IMG/VR virus record: IMGVR_UViG_3300021092_000008
Reading direction: 5' to 3' (one strand)
DNA length: 64,000 bases
Source of the DNA: a virus
Positions 1 to 13,600 of the stretch are shown here, one piece after another. Under the pieces are notes generated by a model, which ran no database searches, was not told the DNA's origin, and was given only the letters and a program-made list of their open reading frames with translations. How positions within the stretch are numbered: position 1 is the stretch's first letter; every line of letters begins with the position of its first letter. Made by a program: the position numbers and the translations under genes.

Positions 1-3000
1 TTGATTATTGACAATAATTTTACTGAAGGATTTGGTGCCACTGCTAGTGTTTCTTCTGTAAAGGGAAAAAATGTTTTATCTATAGAATCAACCGAAACTA
101 AAGCGGTACAAATAAACATTAAAGGAAATGCTTATTTGTTTAATGGTGATACTATAGAGCAAAGAGATAGCACTGGTGAAGTTTTAGCAGCAGGAACTTT
201 AATTGGAGATGTATTCAATGATAAAGCTTTTGTATTAAGAGACTGTGAATTTGCTGTCACTAATACTTTAAAATCATTTAATACTACAAACAAACTATTT
301 TCTGAAACTAAAGTCATTAATATAATCTTAGATAAAAATGCTAGTTTTACTAAGGGTTCTATAATTACATTAACAGATGGCGAAGATAAAGAAGATTCTA
401 ATATTGCTACTGGAGAAGTTTTAGAAGGAACAAATAGACAAAACTCATTAAAAATTAAAGTAATTCCTTTACAAGGATATACAACAGATTTTATTGTAGA
501 TGATGATTACTTTTTAAAAAGTAGTAATTTAAATGACACTCCTAAAGCTAAAATTTTAAATATCTTTTCCTTAAGCGAAAACTTAGAGATTTTTAGTGTA
601 GACGATAAAATAGCAATCGTCAATACAGATCAACCACACCAATTAGCAGTAAATGATAGAATTAATATTGATATAACTCCAGATGATAATTTAACTGAGA
701 CTGTTTATTATGTCAGAAAAAGATTATATCAATCAGCAATTTTAAATGAAGTTTCACATTCTTCTATTATTAAAGATACTGGGATAGGAAATTTCACTTA
801 TTTAAATACAGGATTAGATTATCTATCAGACACTTATACTGATGTAGAATTAATTTTCCAAGATCAAACATTATCTAGAAAAAATATTGGAAAACCAGGA
901 GATCCATATAACGCTAAAGCAACAGTAGTTGTTACGCCAGGTGGTTATGGTGGTATCCAAAGTATTACATTCACAAACAAAGGAAAAAACTATAGAAGAG
1001 GTGATCGTCTAACTATTCCAGATGACATTTTATTCAGATCGAATGGTTCTATTAATAATCAAAGAATTTTAATAGAAGTTGATCATGTTGGTTTAGGATA
1101 TGATAACACATCATTACAGTTAGATAATGTTTTAAATCTTTCAAATGATGATTACTTACTCATAGGTGAAGAGATTGTAAAAATTACTTCGGTAGACACA
1201 AATAATAAAAAAGTATCTATTCTAAGAGCACAGTTAGGAACTACCCCAGTCAATCATTATGATGGCAAAGAAGTTAGTTTATATAAAGGCAATTACAGAT
1301 TCAACGCTGGATATAGACCATTTGGTGATGATCAAAGTAAACCATTTTATATTTCATATAACAATACAGATAAAGAAATTTTTGTTTCTTATCAATATGG
1401 TATTGAATCACCAATTATTTTATTATTAAGTTCTACTTTTTATGATAATAGTATTCCAGCAAAATTAGTTACTTTAAAAACTACTTCAAGCCCAGAATAT
1501 CAATTAGAATTTTCTAGAGATAATATATCGTTTGTAACAAATCCTATTATTGATGTACAAAAGTATTACAAATATAAATTTGATACCAGTCATTACTCTA
1601 TGCTTGGTACATATTTAGATTTTTCTGCTAGCGCCAATTATAATATTTTTACTGAAGAGAAATATACAAATAATATTTCACCAGGAAATGCTGGATCTTT
1701 TCTTTCGGTAAAATTTGGATTTGGTCCAAGTATTTCTTTAAATTCGTATGAAGATAAAGTGCCTTTGAATTATAGTGCTTTCTTTTATTTTATTAAAGCT
1801 TCAAATAATGTAAATACCAAAAATTCTTATTTAAGAATAATAAATGATCCTTTAATTGGCGAAAAAATTATAACATACACTACGGATAATAGATTTGTAT
1901 ATTCATTGTCAAATATTCCAGCTTATGATGGAAGTGGAAATATTCGATATACTACATCATCTGAATATGCCATAGGAAAAATTAATAGCATCAAAATTTT
2001 AGATACTGGTTCCAACTATAAAAAAATTCCTTCTGTTGTTGGAGTTGTCCCAACTAGTTCAAAAAAAGCAGAAGTTGAAATTTCTTATGACTCAATCAAA
2101 AAACAAATTTCTGGTGTAATAATTAATAATCAAGGACAAAATTATTCAAAACCACAATTAGTTATTACTAATGGTGATGGTACTGGTGCTAAATTTGATA
2201 TTATCACATTAAACGGCAAAATTAAAAATGTTAAAGTAACTGATAGAGGATTAAATTATTCTTACAAACCAACAGCAGAAATTATTGAAACAGATGTAAA
2301 AATTTACTTGAGCTCAAATAATATTGGCATTCCACAAAATGTAAAAATTATCCAGAATGGAGTATCATTTAATAATGACAAATCAACGTTACCATCCTTC
2401 AAATCAAATACAACATTAGTTTTAAAAAATATTGGTGACAAAGAATTTAGTGAAGGGGAAATTATATACCAACCATCAACAAAATCTAGAGCTAGGGTAT
2501 CTAAAAATGGGTGGAGGTCAAGAACAAATTTATTAAAAGTTGATAGAATAGATGGCATATTTGTTTCTGGCGAATCAATACAAGGTCTTTCTAGTAAAAA
2601 TACAGCTGTAATTGAAAATCAAATTTACACTGAGTTTGTTCCACAAATTCAGACATCATATGATAACTTAGGATATTATGCTTCTGACAGAGGAAAATTA
2701 AGTACAAACTCCCAAAAATTAACTGATTCTTATTTTTATCAAGATTATTCTTATGTAATTAAATCTAGAACTCCTGTTGATGTTTGGCGAGATTTAATTA
2801 AACAAACTACCCATCCAGCTGGATTCCAATTATTTGGTGAAGTTTTAATTGAGTCTGCGGCTTCTACTAGAATGCCCACCAATCAAAAAGTAATAGAATC
2901 ATATAGTTGTATATCTTTACCACCAATTTCTTTAACTGTAGTAACAACTAAAAAGCAAATCACAACATCAACTTTATCTGTCGATAGTTTAATTGTTGAG

Positions 3001-5766
3001 AGAGGTATTGGATCTATATCCGTAGATACGTTTGATTCTTCTGAATTATTTGCTAGAGAAATAGGATTGCTTACTCCATTTAATGGTGACTTTAGTAATG
3101 ACACTTCTAAAGCAGATGGTGATAGAGTTTTCACAATGTATGATAAAAAAACTAATTTACCAATCAGTGTCAGTAATTCAGAAAATTTAATTATTTCTTT
3201 GGACGGTATAGTTCAACATCCAGAAGAAGCATTTACTGTTTCTGGCACTCAAATTTCTTTTTCAGAACCTCCTCTTGGTGATAGAATTATAGAGGGTCAA
3301 TTAGTAGAAAGTCAAAATTTTTATGGAAGATTAATCAAGTTTAAAAATAGCGGTTTAAATGATAGATATTTTAAACCACTCAAAGATATCACGCCATTGT
3401 TTGATGGGGTAGATACAGTTTTTAATTTGTACTATTCTGATAATACTATAGTAAAGACAGATAAAAACGAAAATTTATTGGTATTTTTAAATGGAGTATT
3501 ACAAAAATCAAAAATAGATTCTAATACTCCTTATGGCAATTCTTATTATATTGATAGATCAGAAGATCCAAACGAAACTGATAAGATTGTATTTTCTCAA
3601 CCACCATTAAATCCAGTAACTACTGAAGATTTACCAGAAAAGTGCTTTATTTACACTGTAGGTAGTTATGAACGATTAACTATTGATACTGAGGTTATTC
3701 AATATAGAGGAGCAGGTCCATATTTAATTAAAGATGAAGTTAGTGGTAGAGTAAGAAAAATAGATGACTCATACTTTGCTTTAGTTTTTATTGATGGTGT
3801 TTTACAACAAGAAAATAAATCATATGAAATTGTAGGTCCTAATATTACTTTTACATCTCCTATACAAAAATATATTGCCAAAGATGGATTTGAAACTTAT
3901 CAAGATGTTTCTGTTATCTTGCTATATGGTAGAGATTTACCAAAAACATTAACAGTGTATGATTTTGAAGCAGATACTTTTTATAATAAAATATCATTAA
4001 CACTATCTGGTGTAAATCTTATTCCAAATTTTGATAGTTTAACAAATCTTTATAGTAATCATTCACCAGAATTTTATTCTCAAAATGTAAAAGTACTACA
4101 AAATAATATTTTATTAGGAGAATTGAAAAAAGTTGATAAAATTGCTAACGATCTTAGATTAATTTTATTAACACCAATAAATCTTTTAGATTCAATTATT
4201 ACTTCTAATAATTTAGTGTTTAGAGTTAATGACAAGTATGATTATACTTTGTCTGGATCATACACTATAAATTCATCTTATGCTGTAAATTCAGACGGAG
4301 AAAGAATATTAGTTAAAGGTAAAAAACAACCATTATGGTTATATGGTTATTCTCTCGGAGATCAAATTGAATCTTACAGAAAAACAAAACATTTCAATTC
4401 TTTAGTTGAAGGTGATTTAATTCAGATTGATGGAGAAAAATCTTACAGAGAAATCATAAATGTTCCTGATATAGTAAAACCAAAAAATTATAATGATGAT
4501 GAAATCATTACTAATGATTTTTATTCTAAAATTACAGTAACAAATTATAATGAAATAACTAGAGGTGAAGGTTTAAGTATTAATGCTGTTATTGACAACG
4601 ATGGTTCTGTTATAGATTTAATTTGGAATAAGAGAGATTTACAATTATTCTTTAGTCAAAATGTTTTACTACAACCAACAGCATATCAGTATTACACAAC
4701 ACCTATAATTGAATTTGTTCCTCAAACAGAAAAAGGTGGTGGCGCTAGAGCAGAAGTTATATCGTATGGTGGAGATATTTTAGATATTGTTTTACTTGAT
4801 GGTGGATCTGGATATACAGAAGCTCCAAAGGTGGTTGTTGCCAGAGGTTATAATAGAATTAAATCTAATCAAAGAAAAATTGATAGTGTAACTAGTTTTG
4901 AACTTATACCAAAAATATATCTACAAGGTTTAATTTCTTCTTCTAGAATTAGTATAATAGCAAACGGAACATTAGGTGTATCTAATCAGATTGTTTCTGT
5001 GGGACAATCTCTTGGTGAAATTAATACTGATATCCAAATAAATGAGATTATTACACCGAAACCACAACAATCAATGGTTTCTTATGCTTTTGCTGCTGTA
5101 TCAAATATTATTTCTACTGATATTATTAAGAAATCCTCTACAACTATATCACCAGCAATTTTACCAAATATCACAACCACAATAAGACCAGAATTACAAT
5201 CTACTACTATTGTAGATACTTCTAGAGAAATTGACCGTTATATTGATGTTGGATTGTTTGATTATAAATCATCAGAATCTTTTGATGGTAGATATGGATT
5301 AACAAATGCTGGATGGAATATAGGATTATATGAAAACAATGCTTTTACTGGCAGTGGTTCTTCCAATGTATCAGGAATGACCTTAGAAGAATTTGAATAT
5401 TATTATCCTAATCTGACTATTGAACAATTTGAAACGAGAAACCTTTCTCATTATCTGGAAGATGGCAGAATTTTTGATTTAGTTCCAGCGTCTGTACAAG
5501 AATTTGGAGCATATTTGGATGCCCCATTATCACCATCAACTACTGTTGTATATGTTACAAGCACAAAAGGATTTCCATCATCTGGATTGTTATTAATTAA
5601 CAAAGAAATAGTTAGATACTCTGGAAAACAAAATGATCGATTTACTGGATTAGATAGAGGTTATTTAGATACTGGAGGTCAAACACATCCTCCTGGCGAC
5701 TATATTAGATCTATCGAAATTGCTGATTTGCCATTGGATTATCCATTAGATCCAGGTCCTGGATAA
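1..5766 (+). CDS. gp7: Baseplate wedge initiator (T4 gp7-like), C-terminal part; 5' end lies upstream of the window
   Basis: Open from base 1 to the TAA at 5764-5766. Contains DSYFYQDYSYVIKS...W...HPAGFQLFGEV, typical of the giant cyanophage gp7-like proteins, plus many GxGY beta modules. Lies directly upstream of gp8. Confidence 0.75.
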   Translation: MIIDNNFTEGFGATASVSSVKGKNVLSIESTETKAVQINIKGNAYLFNGDTIEQRDSTGEVLAAGTLIGDVFNDKAFVLRDCEFAVTNTLKSFNTTNKLFSETKVINIILDKNASFTKGSIITLTDGEDKEDSNIATGEVLEGTNRQNSLKIKVIPLQGYTTDFIVDDDYFLKSSNLNDTPKAKILNIFSLSENLEIFSVDDKIAIVNTDQPHQLAVNDRINIDITPDDNLTETVYYVRKRLYQSAILNEVSHSSIIKDTGIGNFTYLNTGLDYLSDTYTDVELIFQDQTLSRKNIGKPGDPYNAKATVVVTPGGYGGIQSITFTNKGKNYRRGDRLTIPDDILFRSNGSINNQRILIEVDHVGLGYDNTSLQLDNVLNLSNDDYLLIGEEIVKITSVDTNNKKVSILRAQLGTTPVNHYDGKEVSLYKGNYRFNAGYRPFGDDQSKPFYISYNNTDKEIFVSYQYGIESPIILLLSSTFYDNSIPAKLVTLKTTSSPEYQLEFSRDNISFVTNPIIDVQKYYKYKFDTSHYSMLGTYLDFSASANYNIFTEEKYTNNISPGNAGSFLSVKFGFGPSISLNSYEDKVPLNYSAFFYFIKASNNVNTKNSYLRIINDPLIGEKIITYTTDNRFVYSLSNIPAYDGSGNIRYTTSSEYAIGKINSIKILDTGSNYKKIPSVVGVVPTSSKKAEVEISYDSIKKQISGVIINNQGQNYSKPQLVITNGDGTGAKFDIITLNGKIKNVKVTDRGLNYSYKPTAEIIETDVKIYLSSNNIGIPQNVKIIQNGVSFNNDKSTLPSFKSNTTLVLKNIGDKEFSEGEIIYQPSTKSRARVSKNGWRSRTNLLKVDRIDGIFVSGESIQGLSSKNTAVIENQIYTEFVPQIQTSYDNLGYYASDRGKLSTNSQKLTDSYFYQDYSYVIKSRTPVDVWRDLIKQTTHPAGFQLFGEVLIESAASTRMPTNQKVIESYSCISLPPISLTVVTTKKQITTSTLSVDSLIVERGIGSISVDTFDSSELFAREIGLLTPFNGDFSNDTSKADGDRVFTMYDKKTNLPISVSNSENLIISLDGIVQHPEEAFTVSGTQISFSEPPLGDRIIEGQLVESQNFYGRLIKFKNSGLNDRYFKPLKDITPLFDGVDTVFNLYYSDNTIVKTDKNENLLVFLNGVLQKSKIDSNTPYGNSYYIDRSEDPNETDKIVFSQPPLNPVTTEDLPEKCFIYTVGSYERLTIDTEVIQYRGAGPYLIKDEVSGRVRKIDDSYFALVFIDGVLQQENKSYEIVGPNITFTSPIQKYIAKDGFETYQDVSVILLYGRDLPKTLTVYDFEADTFYNKISLTLSGVNLIPNFDSLTNLYSNHSPEFYSQNVKVLQNNILLGELKKVDKIANDLRLILLTPINLLDSIITSNNLVFRVNDKYDYTLSGSYTINSSYAVNSDGERILVKGKKQPLWLYGYSLGDQIESYRKTKHFNSLVEGDLIQIDGEKSYREIINVPDIVKPKNYNDDEIITNDFYSKITVTNYNEITRGEGLSINAVIDNDGSVIDLIWNKRDLQLFFSQNVLLQPTAYQYYTTPIIEFVPQTEKGGGARAEVISYGGDILDIVLLDGGSGYTEAPKVVVARGYNRIKSNQRKIDSVTSFELIPKIYLQGLISSSRISIIANGTLGVSNQIVSVGQSLGEINTDIQINEIITPKPQQSMVSYAFAAVSNIISTDIIKKSSTTISPAILPNITTTIRPELQSTTIVDTSREIDRYIDVGLFDYKSSESFDGRYGLTNAGWNIGLYENNAFTGSGSSNVSGMTLEEFEYYYPNLTIEQFETRNLSHYLEDGRIFDLVPASVQEFGAYLDAPLSPSTTVVYVTSTKGFPSSGLLLINKEIVRYSGKQNDRFTGLDRGYLDTGGQTHPPGDYIRSIEIADLPLDYPLDPGPG

Positions 5767-5770
5767 ACAG

Positions 5771-5784
5771 TATAAATATAAATA
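5771..5784 (+). promoter_or_regulatory. T4-type late promoter, two overlapping TATAAATA boxes
   Basis: TATAAATATAAATA gives exact TATAAATA at 5771-5778 and 5777-5784, upstream of gp8. gp55 is encoded in the window. Confidence 0.85.
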
Positions 5785-5820
5785 ACTTAGAAAAACCTGT
5801 CCCGTCATAGAGAAAATTAA

Positions 5821-7647
5821 ATGCCTGCTATTATCTCCGATAAATTTAGAATTTTTAATGCTCAGCAATTTCTAGAATCCCTTTCGGAAGGTTCTAGTGA
5901 TGTTGGCGAAGAGCGTACAAGAATGTATTTCTTTGTTGGGCGTCCTCAAAGATGGGATGCTTTTTTAGAAATTTATAACAGAAATTCAACTGCTTTTGCT
6001 GTAGGGCAAACAGTATTTGTTGGTAACAACTATGCTAGTGCTACTTTCAAAGGAGTAATTAGAGAAGTTCGTGAAGATAGTCTTCTCCTCTATTCTATTG
6101 GTCCTACTGTTAGTTCTGCTCCTACATTAGGTTCCACTCTTAAATGTTGGGACGGCACAGCAGAAACTGGGGCTCGAGCATTAACAGGTGTATACAGATA
6201 TGCTACAGAAGATGTACCACCACTTCCTTTAGATAATTTAAAGGAAAAGTTTGAATTATATGATGATATCATTGCTGCCAAAAGAATTACTTCAGACTTT
6301 GCTAGAACTGTAATTAGAAGATACAATTGGGATTTAACAGCAAATCCAAAATATGATATGTGGAGACCAGATTATTTTGCCACAGCGAATGGTATCATCG
6401 GAAATCAAAGTGCTACGGGAGCTGCATCAATTGCTGATGCTAAATTCTATGTAATTAATTCTCAATACGAAGTATTTAAATGCTTATATAATGGTACTAC
6501 ACCATTATATCAATCTGGTCAAAATGCTACTAGTGAACCAAAAACAACTCCATCACCAGGATCAGGCACATATGCTGCTGGACTTTATAAGGAAGAAGCA
6601 GGAACAGCTGGATATGTTTGGAAGTATATGTATACTATTCCAACTGATGATGTAATTAGATTCCTATCTACAGATTTTATTCCTATTGTTCAAAAAACTA
6701 ACGCTTCTAGAGCTGCTGTAGAAGCTGCTGCCGTTGCTGGTGCTGTTGATGTTGTTCTTGTTAGAGATCCTGGTGCTAATTTACCAAATGGTACTTTCTA
6801 TGCTCCAATTGTTGGTGACGGATCTGGCGGCAAAGTAACTGTTGTTATTGCTGGTGGATCTGTTACTTCATCAACTGTTACTGATAAAGGAAGTGGATAT
6901 ACTTATGCTTCGGTTCCTTTGGCAACTGGTACTGGTGCTGGAGCTGCTGCTTATGGTTTATTCACAGATTCTGCTTTAACTGCTTCACAAACTGTTGGAG
7001 GAACTGCTACTGGTTCTTTATTTGTGATTCTGCCTCCTCAAGGTGGTCATGGTGGCGCCAATATGGAACAAGAACTTAATGGCAAACGTGTCATGACAAA
7101 TATTCGTCTTACATATGCTGAAGGTTCTGGTGATTTCCCAGTTGACAATGATTTCCGTAGAATTGGAATTATGAGAGATCCATATACCTACGGAACAACA
7201 ACTTATGCTACTATCGATACTTTAAATAATTTATACGCTGTAAAAATTACTGGGGCAACAGCGGGATATCAAGCAGATGAAATTATTACACAAACAGTTA
7301 GCGGTGTGGATGCTTATGGCACTGTAGTTTCTTGGACCCTAGATAGCGGTTCAACAACTTCTGGTGTTCTTAAATATATTCAAACTCCAGATCTACATGC
7401 TTATCAAGGTATTGTTAGAGGTTTTATATCATCAGGTGCTAATCCAATTGTAGGAGGATCATCTGGTGCTTCAGGAACTGTTGATGCTACCACCAATGGA
7501 ACTATTTTGGGAGTTACATTCTTAAATGGTCAAGCTTCACCAGAAATTGAAGCAAACAGTGGCGAAGTAATCTATGTTGAAAACAGAAGATTAATTACAA
7601 GAGCTGCTGATCAGATTGAAGATATTAAATTAGTAATTGAATTTTAA
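5821..7647 (+). CDS. gp8: Baseplate wedge subunit gp8
   Basis: MPAIISDKFRIFNAQQF start, FYVINSQYEVFKCLYN, GYVWKYMYTIP, DFPVDNDFRRIG and the C-terminal SGEVIYVENRRLITRAADQIEDIKLVIEF are characteristic of gp8. Confidence 0.9.
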   Translation: MPAIISDKFRIFNAQQFLESLSEGSSDVGEERTRMYFFVGRPQRWDAFLEIYNRNSTAFAVGQTVFVGNNYASATFKGVIREVREDSLLLYSIGPTVSSAPTLGSTLKCWDGTAETGARALTGVYRYATEDVPPLPLDNLKEKFELYDDIIAAKRITSDFARTVIRRYNWDLTANPKYDMWRPDYFATANGIIGNQSATGAASIADAKFYVINSQYEVFKCLYNGTTPLYQSGQNATSEPKTTPSPGSGTYAAGLYKEEAGTAGYVWKYMYTIPTDDVIRFLSTDFIPIVQKTNASRAAVEAAAVAGAVDVVLVRDPGANLPNGTFYAPIVGDGSGGKVTVVIAGGSVTSSTVTDKGSGYTYASVPLATGTGAGAAAYGLFTDSALTASQTVGGTATGSLFVILPPQGGHGGANMEQELNGKRVMTNIRLTYAEGSGDFPVDNDFRRIGIMRDPYTYGTTTYATIDTLNNLYAVKITGATAGYQADEIITQTVSGVDAYGTVVSWTLDSGSTTSGVLKYIQTPDLHAYQGIVRGFISSGANPIVGGSSGASGTVDATTNGTILGVTFLNGQASPEIEANSGEVIYVENRRLITRAADQIEDIKLVIEF

Positions 7648-7686
7648 TTATAAATTTCTCGTTAATTTTATAGAGAATAATTTACA

Positions 7687-10600
7687 ATGCCACAGAAGAC
7701 ACCACTTAACGTAGTTCCATATTTTGACGATTTTGATCAGTCAAAAAATTTTTATAAGGTTCTTTTTAGACCTGGATATGCTGTTCAAACTAGAGAATTA
7801 ACAACTTTACAATCAATTCTTCAATCACAGATTGAAAGTTATGGTAAATTTAATTTTAAGCAGGGAGAACAAGTAGTTCCTGGTGAAGTTGGGTTAAATA
7901 CAAAAATAAACTACGTTAAGTTGTCTTCTGTATCTGAAGTAGCTGTTAGTGAAGGAGAAAATATTGTATACAAAAAATATGATATTAAGACTCTTATTGG
8001 ATTAAAATTAAGAGGAATTAATTCTAATGTTATTGCTAATGTAATTGATTCTCAATATGCTACGGAAACAGACTCCGATACATTGTATGTAACATATTTG
8101 ACAAGTGGTGATTCCAATAATGAATCTACTTTTAGACAAGGTGAAACGTTAGAAGTTGTTGATGGAATTAATACACCATTACTTGTAGTAGGTACTGATG
8201 GAAGTGTTTTACCAACAAGCATTACAGTTATTGATCCAATTACAGAAGACACTCTTAATCTAAATAACCCAGCGATGGGATTTGCTTCTGCTGTAAAGGT
8301 ACAGGAAGGAATCTATTTTGTAAATGGATATTTTGTAAGGAACGATTCCCAATTATTAATTATTGACAAATATTACGATAAACCATCAGCAAAAATTGGG
8401 TTTACGATTGTAGAAGATATTGTTACTCCAGAAGAAGATCCTTCTTTATATGATATTGCTAGAGGTTATTCAAACTATTCTTCTCCTGGTGCTCATAGAT
8501 TAAAAATTTCTTTAGAATTAAAGAGATTTGATTATAATGCTGTAACTGATAAGAATTTTATTCAATTACTACAGATCAGATCTGGTTCTATCGAATCACT
8601 AATTAAACCAGCTGATTATACTTTATTAGAAGAAACTTTAGCACGAAGAACATACGACGAATCTGGCGATTATGTTGTTAATGATTTTTCATTAGATATT
8701 AGAGAATATTATCAAAGAAATGGCAACGATGGATTTTATCAATATAATCCATCAACTAAATTAGTAAATGGTCTTTCTGAAACGGAAGCAAGCACTAAAA
8801 TGGTCCTTGGAGTTGGACCAGGAAAAGCTTATGTGAGAGGATATGAAATTGTAAATAAGCAAACAAAATATCTAACAGTAAATAAAGCTAGAGATACTTT
8901 AACAAAAGATAACGTAACACTAAAATCTAAAGGTTTATCAAACTTTAAAATTACTAATGTTTATGGAAGCGTTCCTTTAAATACAGTTGGTGATGAATTA
9001 ACTGCTTATCCCAATGTTTTTCTAAATGGTTTATTTAACGATGGCACCATTGGTTTAAATAACACCGAAACTGATACTTATTTTAAACAAACCGTAGATA
9101 GAAGATCACAAAAATTTAGTTTATCTGATGCTACTAAAACTATTTACGTCCAAATACAAGGCGATTTGCCAACACTGGCATCTCAATATCCAACAAAACT
9201 TTGGTTTATCAAAACAAGATCAGGAAGTGTTCCATCTAGTGTAGATTATGTTGACGTAATTGGTCACTCTTTAGTAAATAGACCCCAAGTTTCACCTTCT
9301 CCAGACCAATATTTCGTAGAGTTAACTATTCTTGGTAAAAAGTCTTACTTAGATACTTACTTTAAAGAATATGATGATGCTGGAGCAGCTAAATTAAGAT
9401 ATCTTTACCTCACAGAGCAAAATGCCCTTGCCGCTGGGACGGCTTATTATGGGTGGATTGTCGATTATAATCCAACTATTACCCCTATTATTGGAATAGC
9501 AAAACCAAAAGATTTTTCTTTTAATAAGAGAGCAAACGGATTTAATGAAGATACTGATATTATACTTTCAAGAGGAAAGGTAGGATCTGGTACGGACATA
9601 AACAACCCGTTGACTCCTTATACAGCATCATTCAATTTTTCATATTTTAATCCAGTATTCTTTACCAAGATTATTACAGAATCTGTAATTGATACAGGAT
9701 TTTCTACAGGAAAATACATTACAGGAAAAACTAGTAGAGCTTATGGTGTAATTGAAAACGACACAACAGAAAATTACACTTTTGGAAATACTTTATTTGT
9801 ATCAACTTTATCTGGAACATTTTTACCAGGAGAAACAATTTTTGATGAGGATGGTAATTCTGTTAAAATTGCTACAGAAAATACTATCTCCCATTTTATT
9901 GTTAACTACGGCGGTAATAGTTATAATAATGATGGCACAAAATTAATTATTAATGGATCTACAATAGATGCTGCTAATATAAGAGTTGACGCGTTCGGTG
10001 GTAGAATTTACAGGGCAGTTATTTTAAATAGAACTGTATTATCGGAAACATATGCGGCGCCTCCTGTTGTTACTGCTTTCCCAACGCCAACAGTTCCAGC
10101 AAATGTAGCTAATATTACTCCAGTATTATTTAAAAATACTGTATTAACTTACACACCTCAAAATATTAAATCATTTGCTTCAGATTATAATCAGTATAAA
10201 TTTACATCTGACGTTGATTTAACAGATACTTCATATTCTTCCTATTTACAAATTACTAATTTTACTTTTTCTGGATTGAAGGGAGAAAAATATCTTGAAT
10301 GTAGCGGATTTGGTGCTAGTTTGTCAAGAGATCTTATACAAGGCGACATCATACAATTCAATGATTCCAATAATAATGTAGTAAAGACTATAGTACAATA
10401 TGTAACGGATCCACAAGGAACTACAAAATCTAGAATCTATTTGGATTATGCTTTACAAACAAACATTACTAACAGTAGTATAATACGTGTACGTCCAAAT
10501 GTAGAAAATGTTTCTACTTCTTCATTAATTTATCCAACTGGCAGCAAGCAATTAAAATCTTTAATTAATGACAACAGCGACACAAAATTTAAATATTATA

Positions 10601-13600
10601 TCAGAAAAGATTTTACTACTGATTTATCATCAAGTGGTGGAACAATCACATTCTCCGCTCAATTACCTGTAGGAACACAAAGATTTGTTACTCCGACAGA
10701 AAATAATTATATTTTAACAGTATTAGATAAAGGATCATCAACTATTGTTGATAATGGAGATATTGTTTACATCGATTTTACAGATCCTTCTGTAGTACAG
10801 GTTATTCAATCAACTAATACAAATTCTCAAGTTACAGCTGGTTCTTTTGTCATCAATTTACCAAATACGTATTTCGGTATTATTAATCAAGGTGGAACAT
10901 ATCCAAAATTAAAACTTACCGCCACAGTAGAAGTTAACAAAGCAAAAGCAAGATTAAAAACTTCAATAAGCAACAAAAGAATTATAATTGTATCTTCTGG
11001 AGATAAAGTTATTCCACTAAGGGGGAAAGATTATGATACAGATACAATTGAAGTATTCTCATATTCTGATGTCTATAAACTAAGATACGTTTATGAGGGT
11101 ACATCTACTAATCCACCTAAAGTTGATGCTAACGGTAATTTAATTAGTGGCACGGATATTACTTATAAATTTACTTTTGATGATGGTCAAAGAGATACTT
11201 TCTACGATATTTCCAGAATTGTTCTTAAACCAGGATTTGATGCTCCTTCTGGTCAATTAGTTGTAGCATTTGATTACTTTGAGCATTCTTTAGGAGATTT
11301 TTGTACCGTAGATTCATACTTACATGAAGCGGGAGTTTCTTCGGAGTTAATTCCTACTTTTAATTCTACAGTACATGGAGTTGTTTCATTAAAAGACGTT
11401 ATTGATTTCAGACCAAAAGTAGATTCTAATACTACAATAACTGGATTCCAAGATATATCTATTCTTTCAAATCCAAACAATTTTGATTATGTCAATTTTG
11501 TTGGCGCTGGTGGTGTAGTTTCACTTACACCAGCATCTGATTCTAATTTAGAGTATACAATGTCATTTAGTGAAACACAGTATCTAGACAGAATTGATGG
11601 TGTTTTCTTAACGAAGAAAGGAGATTTTCTAATTAAAGAAGGTAATTCTTCATTAAATCCTTCAAAACCAGAAGCAGTTGATGATGCTATTAGTTTGTGT
11701 TACATACACATCCCATCATTTACTAACACTAGTAAAGATATTAGAATTCTTCCCGTTGATAACAAACGTTATACAATGAGAGATATTGGCAAATTAGAAA
11801 AAAGAATTGAGCGTTTAGAATATTATACTACACTAAGCATCTTAGAACAACAAGCATTAAACATGCAAGTCAAAGATGAAATTGGAATGGACAGATTTAA
11901 ATCTGGTTTTATTGTAGATAATTTCGAAGCTCATAAAATTGGTAATTTACAATCAGTTGATTATAAATGTGCTATTGATACTCAGCAATCTGTGTTGAGA
12001 CCTCAATCAAAAGAAGATAGCATTGGATTAAAAGAAGTTAATATAAGAGAAGATCAACGTATTGTTTCTGGTTATGTCAATAATAATGGAATTATTACTC
12101 TTCCATATAAAGAAGTTAAATTATTAGGAAATAGTAATGCCACCAAAACAATCAATCCAAACGAATTTGTTGTCCTACAATACGTAGGAGATTGTGCTAT
12201 CTTTCCTACTGTAGATCAGTGGTATGATACAAAAACTGCTCCTTTGGTAGTAGATAGTAATACAAAATTAAATACTATATTTTTAGCTAAAAGTGATGTA
12301 AAAGAATCATTTTCTAGTTTACACAACTCATTTATTATTAATTGGGTTGGAACTAATAAATCATTTTTCAATATAGAATCTTTAGCAAACATTAATAGTG
12401 AAGATATTAAATCTTCTGTAAGTTCTGCTTCTGTGTCGAGTAGTTCAAATGTTAGCCCTCAAAATAATGAATTAGCAAAAGGTGTTGGATCTAAAGTTGT
12501 TAATAACACCAAAGTGTCAACTGGATTACAATTTTTCGTAAGATCTATTCCTGTTAGATTTATTGTTCGTAGATTAAAACCCAACACTAAAATTTCTGTT
12601 TTCATGGAAGGTAGAAATATTAATCGTTGGGTTGTTCCTGATACTAAATTTACTGGTATTGCAGAAAATTCACTTTCTACATTTAATTCTTCTTTGATTA
12701 CAGACGATAATGGAAATTTAAGTGGTATTATTTTAATTCCTAATGGTCTTGCTCCAGTAGAAAACAGTAAGTGGACTGGAGATATTAACACTGTTTCTTA
12801 TGATGATTCTTCTGAAGAAATTAAATTTACTACTGGCACAAAAACAATTATATTGACTTCAGGATCTTCTGGATCAATTACTGACAATGTTGATACTTTT
12901 GCTGAAGTCAAGTTTTATGCTACTGGCATTTTGCCAGAAAATCCTTCTAGTATTGTATCAACAGCACCATCATTCTTCAAAGCTAATGAAGGTGTACAGT
13001 TGATTAATAACAACACCCAATCAAAAATTAAACCAAATCCTTTGGCACAAACTTTTAAAGTAGAAAATTATGATGGTGGGGTATTTACTACTGGTTTAGA
13101 TTTGTTCTTCTCAGCAAAAAGTTCTAAGATTCCTATTAGAGTTTATATTTCAAATATAGATACAGATAAACCAGGAAAATATATTGTACCTGGAACTGAA
13201 TCAACTTTATATCCAGATACTTATTTAAAGGTATATTTAACTGGTGATGTAGAAACAATCAAAATTAAAAAATCAGAAGTAGTAGTTGGCAAAAATTCTA
13301 ATGCTAGTGGTCCTATTTCTAAAGTGTACGACAAAAACAATATTTTAGTTGGGGACGAAAATAGCACAGAATTTGAATTAAATAAAGAACAAGTATATAC
13401 GTTAGTTTTAAGTAATCATAATGGCAAATCTTTCGTAGGTGGCAGTACAGGTGAGCCATTGACGATTCCATCAGTTACAACATATAATGCTACTAATAAT
13501 AAATCAGCATTAATTTCTATCACTAAAGATTCTGGTAGAGTTGTTGATTTAAAAGTTACTAATTTAGGAGAAAATTACGAAAGTGCTTCTATTGTTATAG

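Noticed and set aside
1-3. TTG start for the first ORF
   Set aside because: It is at the window edge. The gene almost certainly starts upstream.
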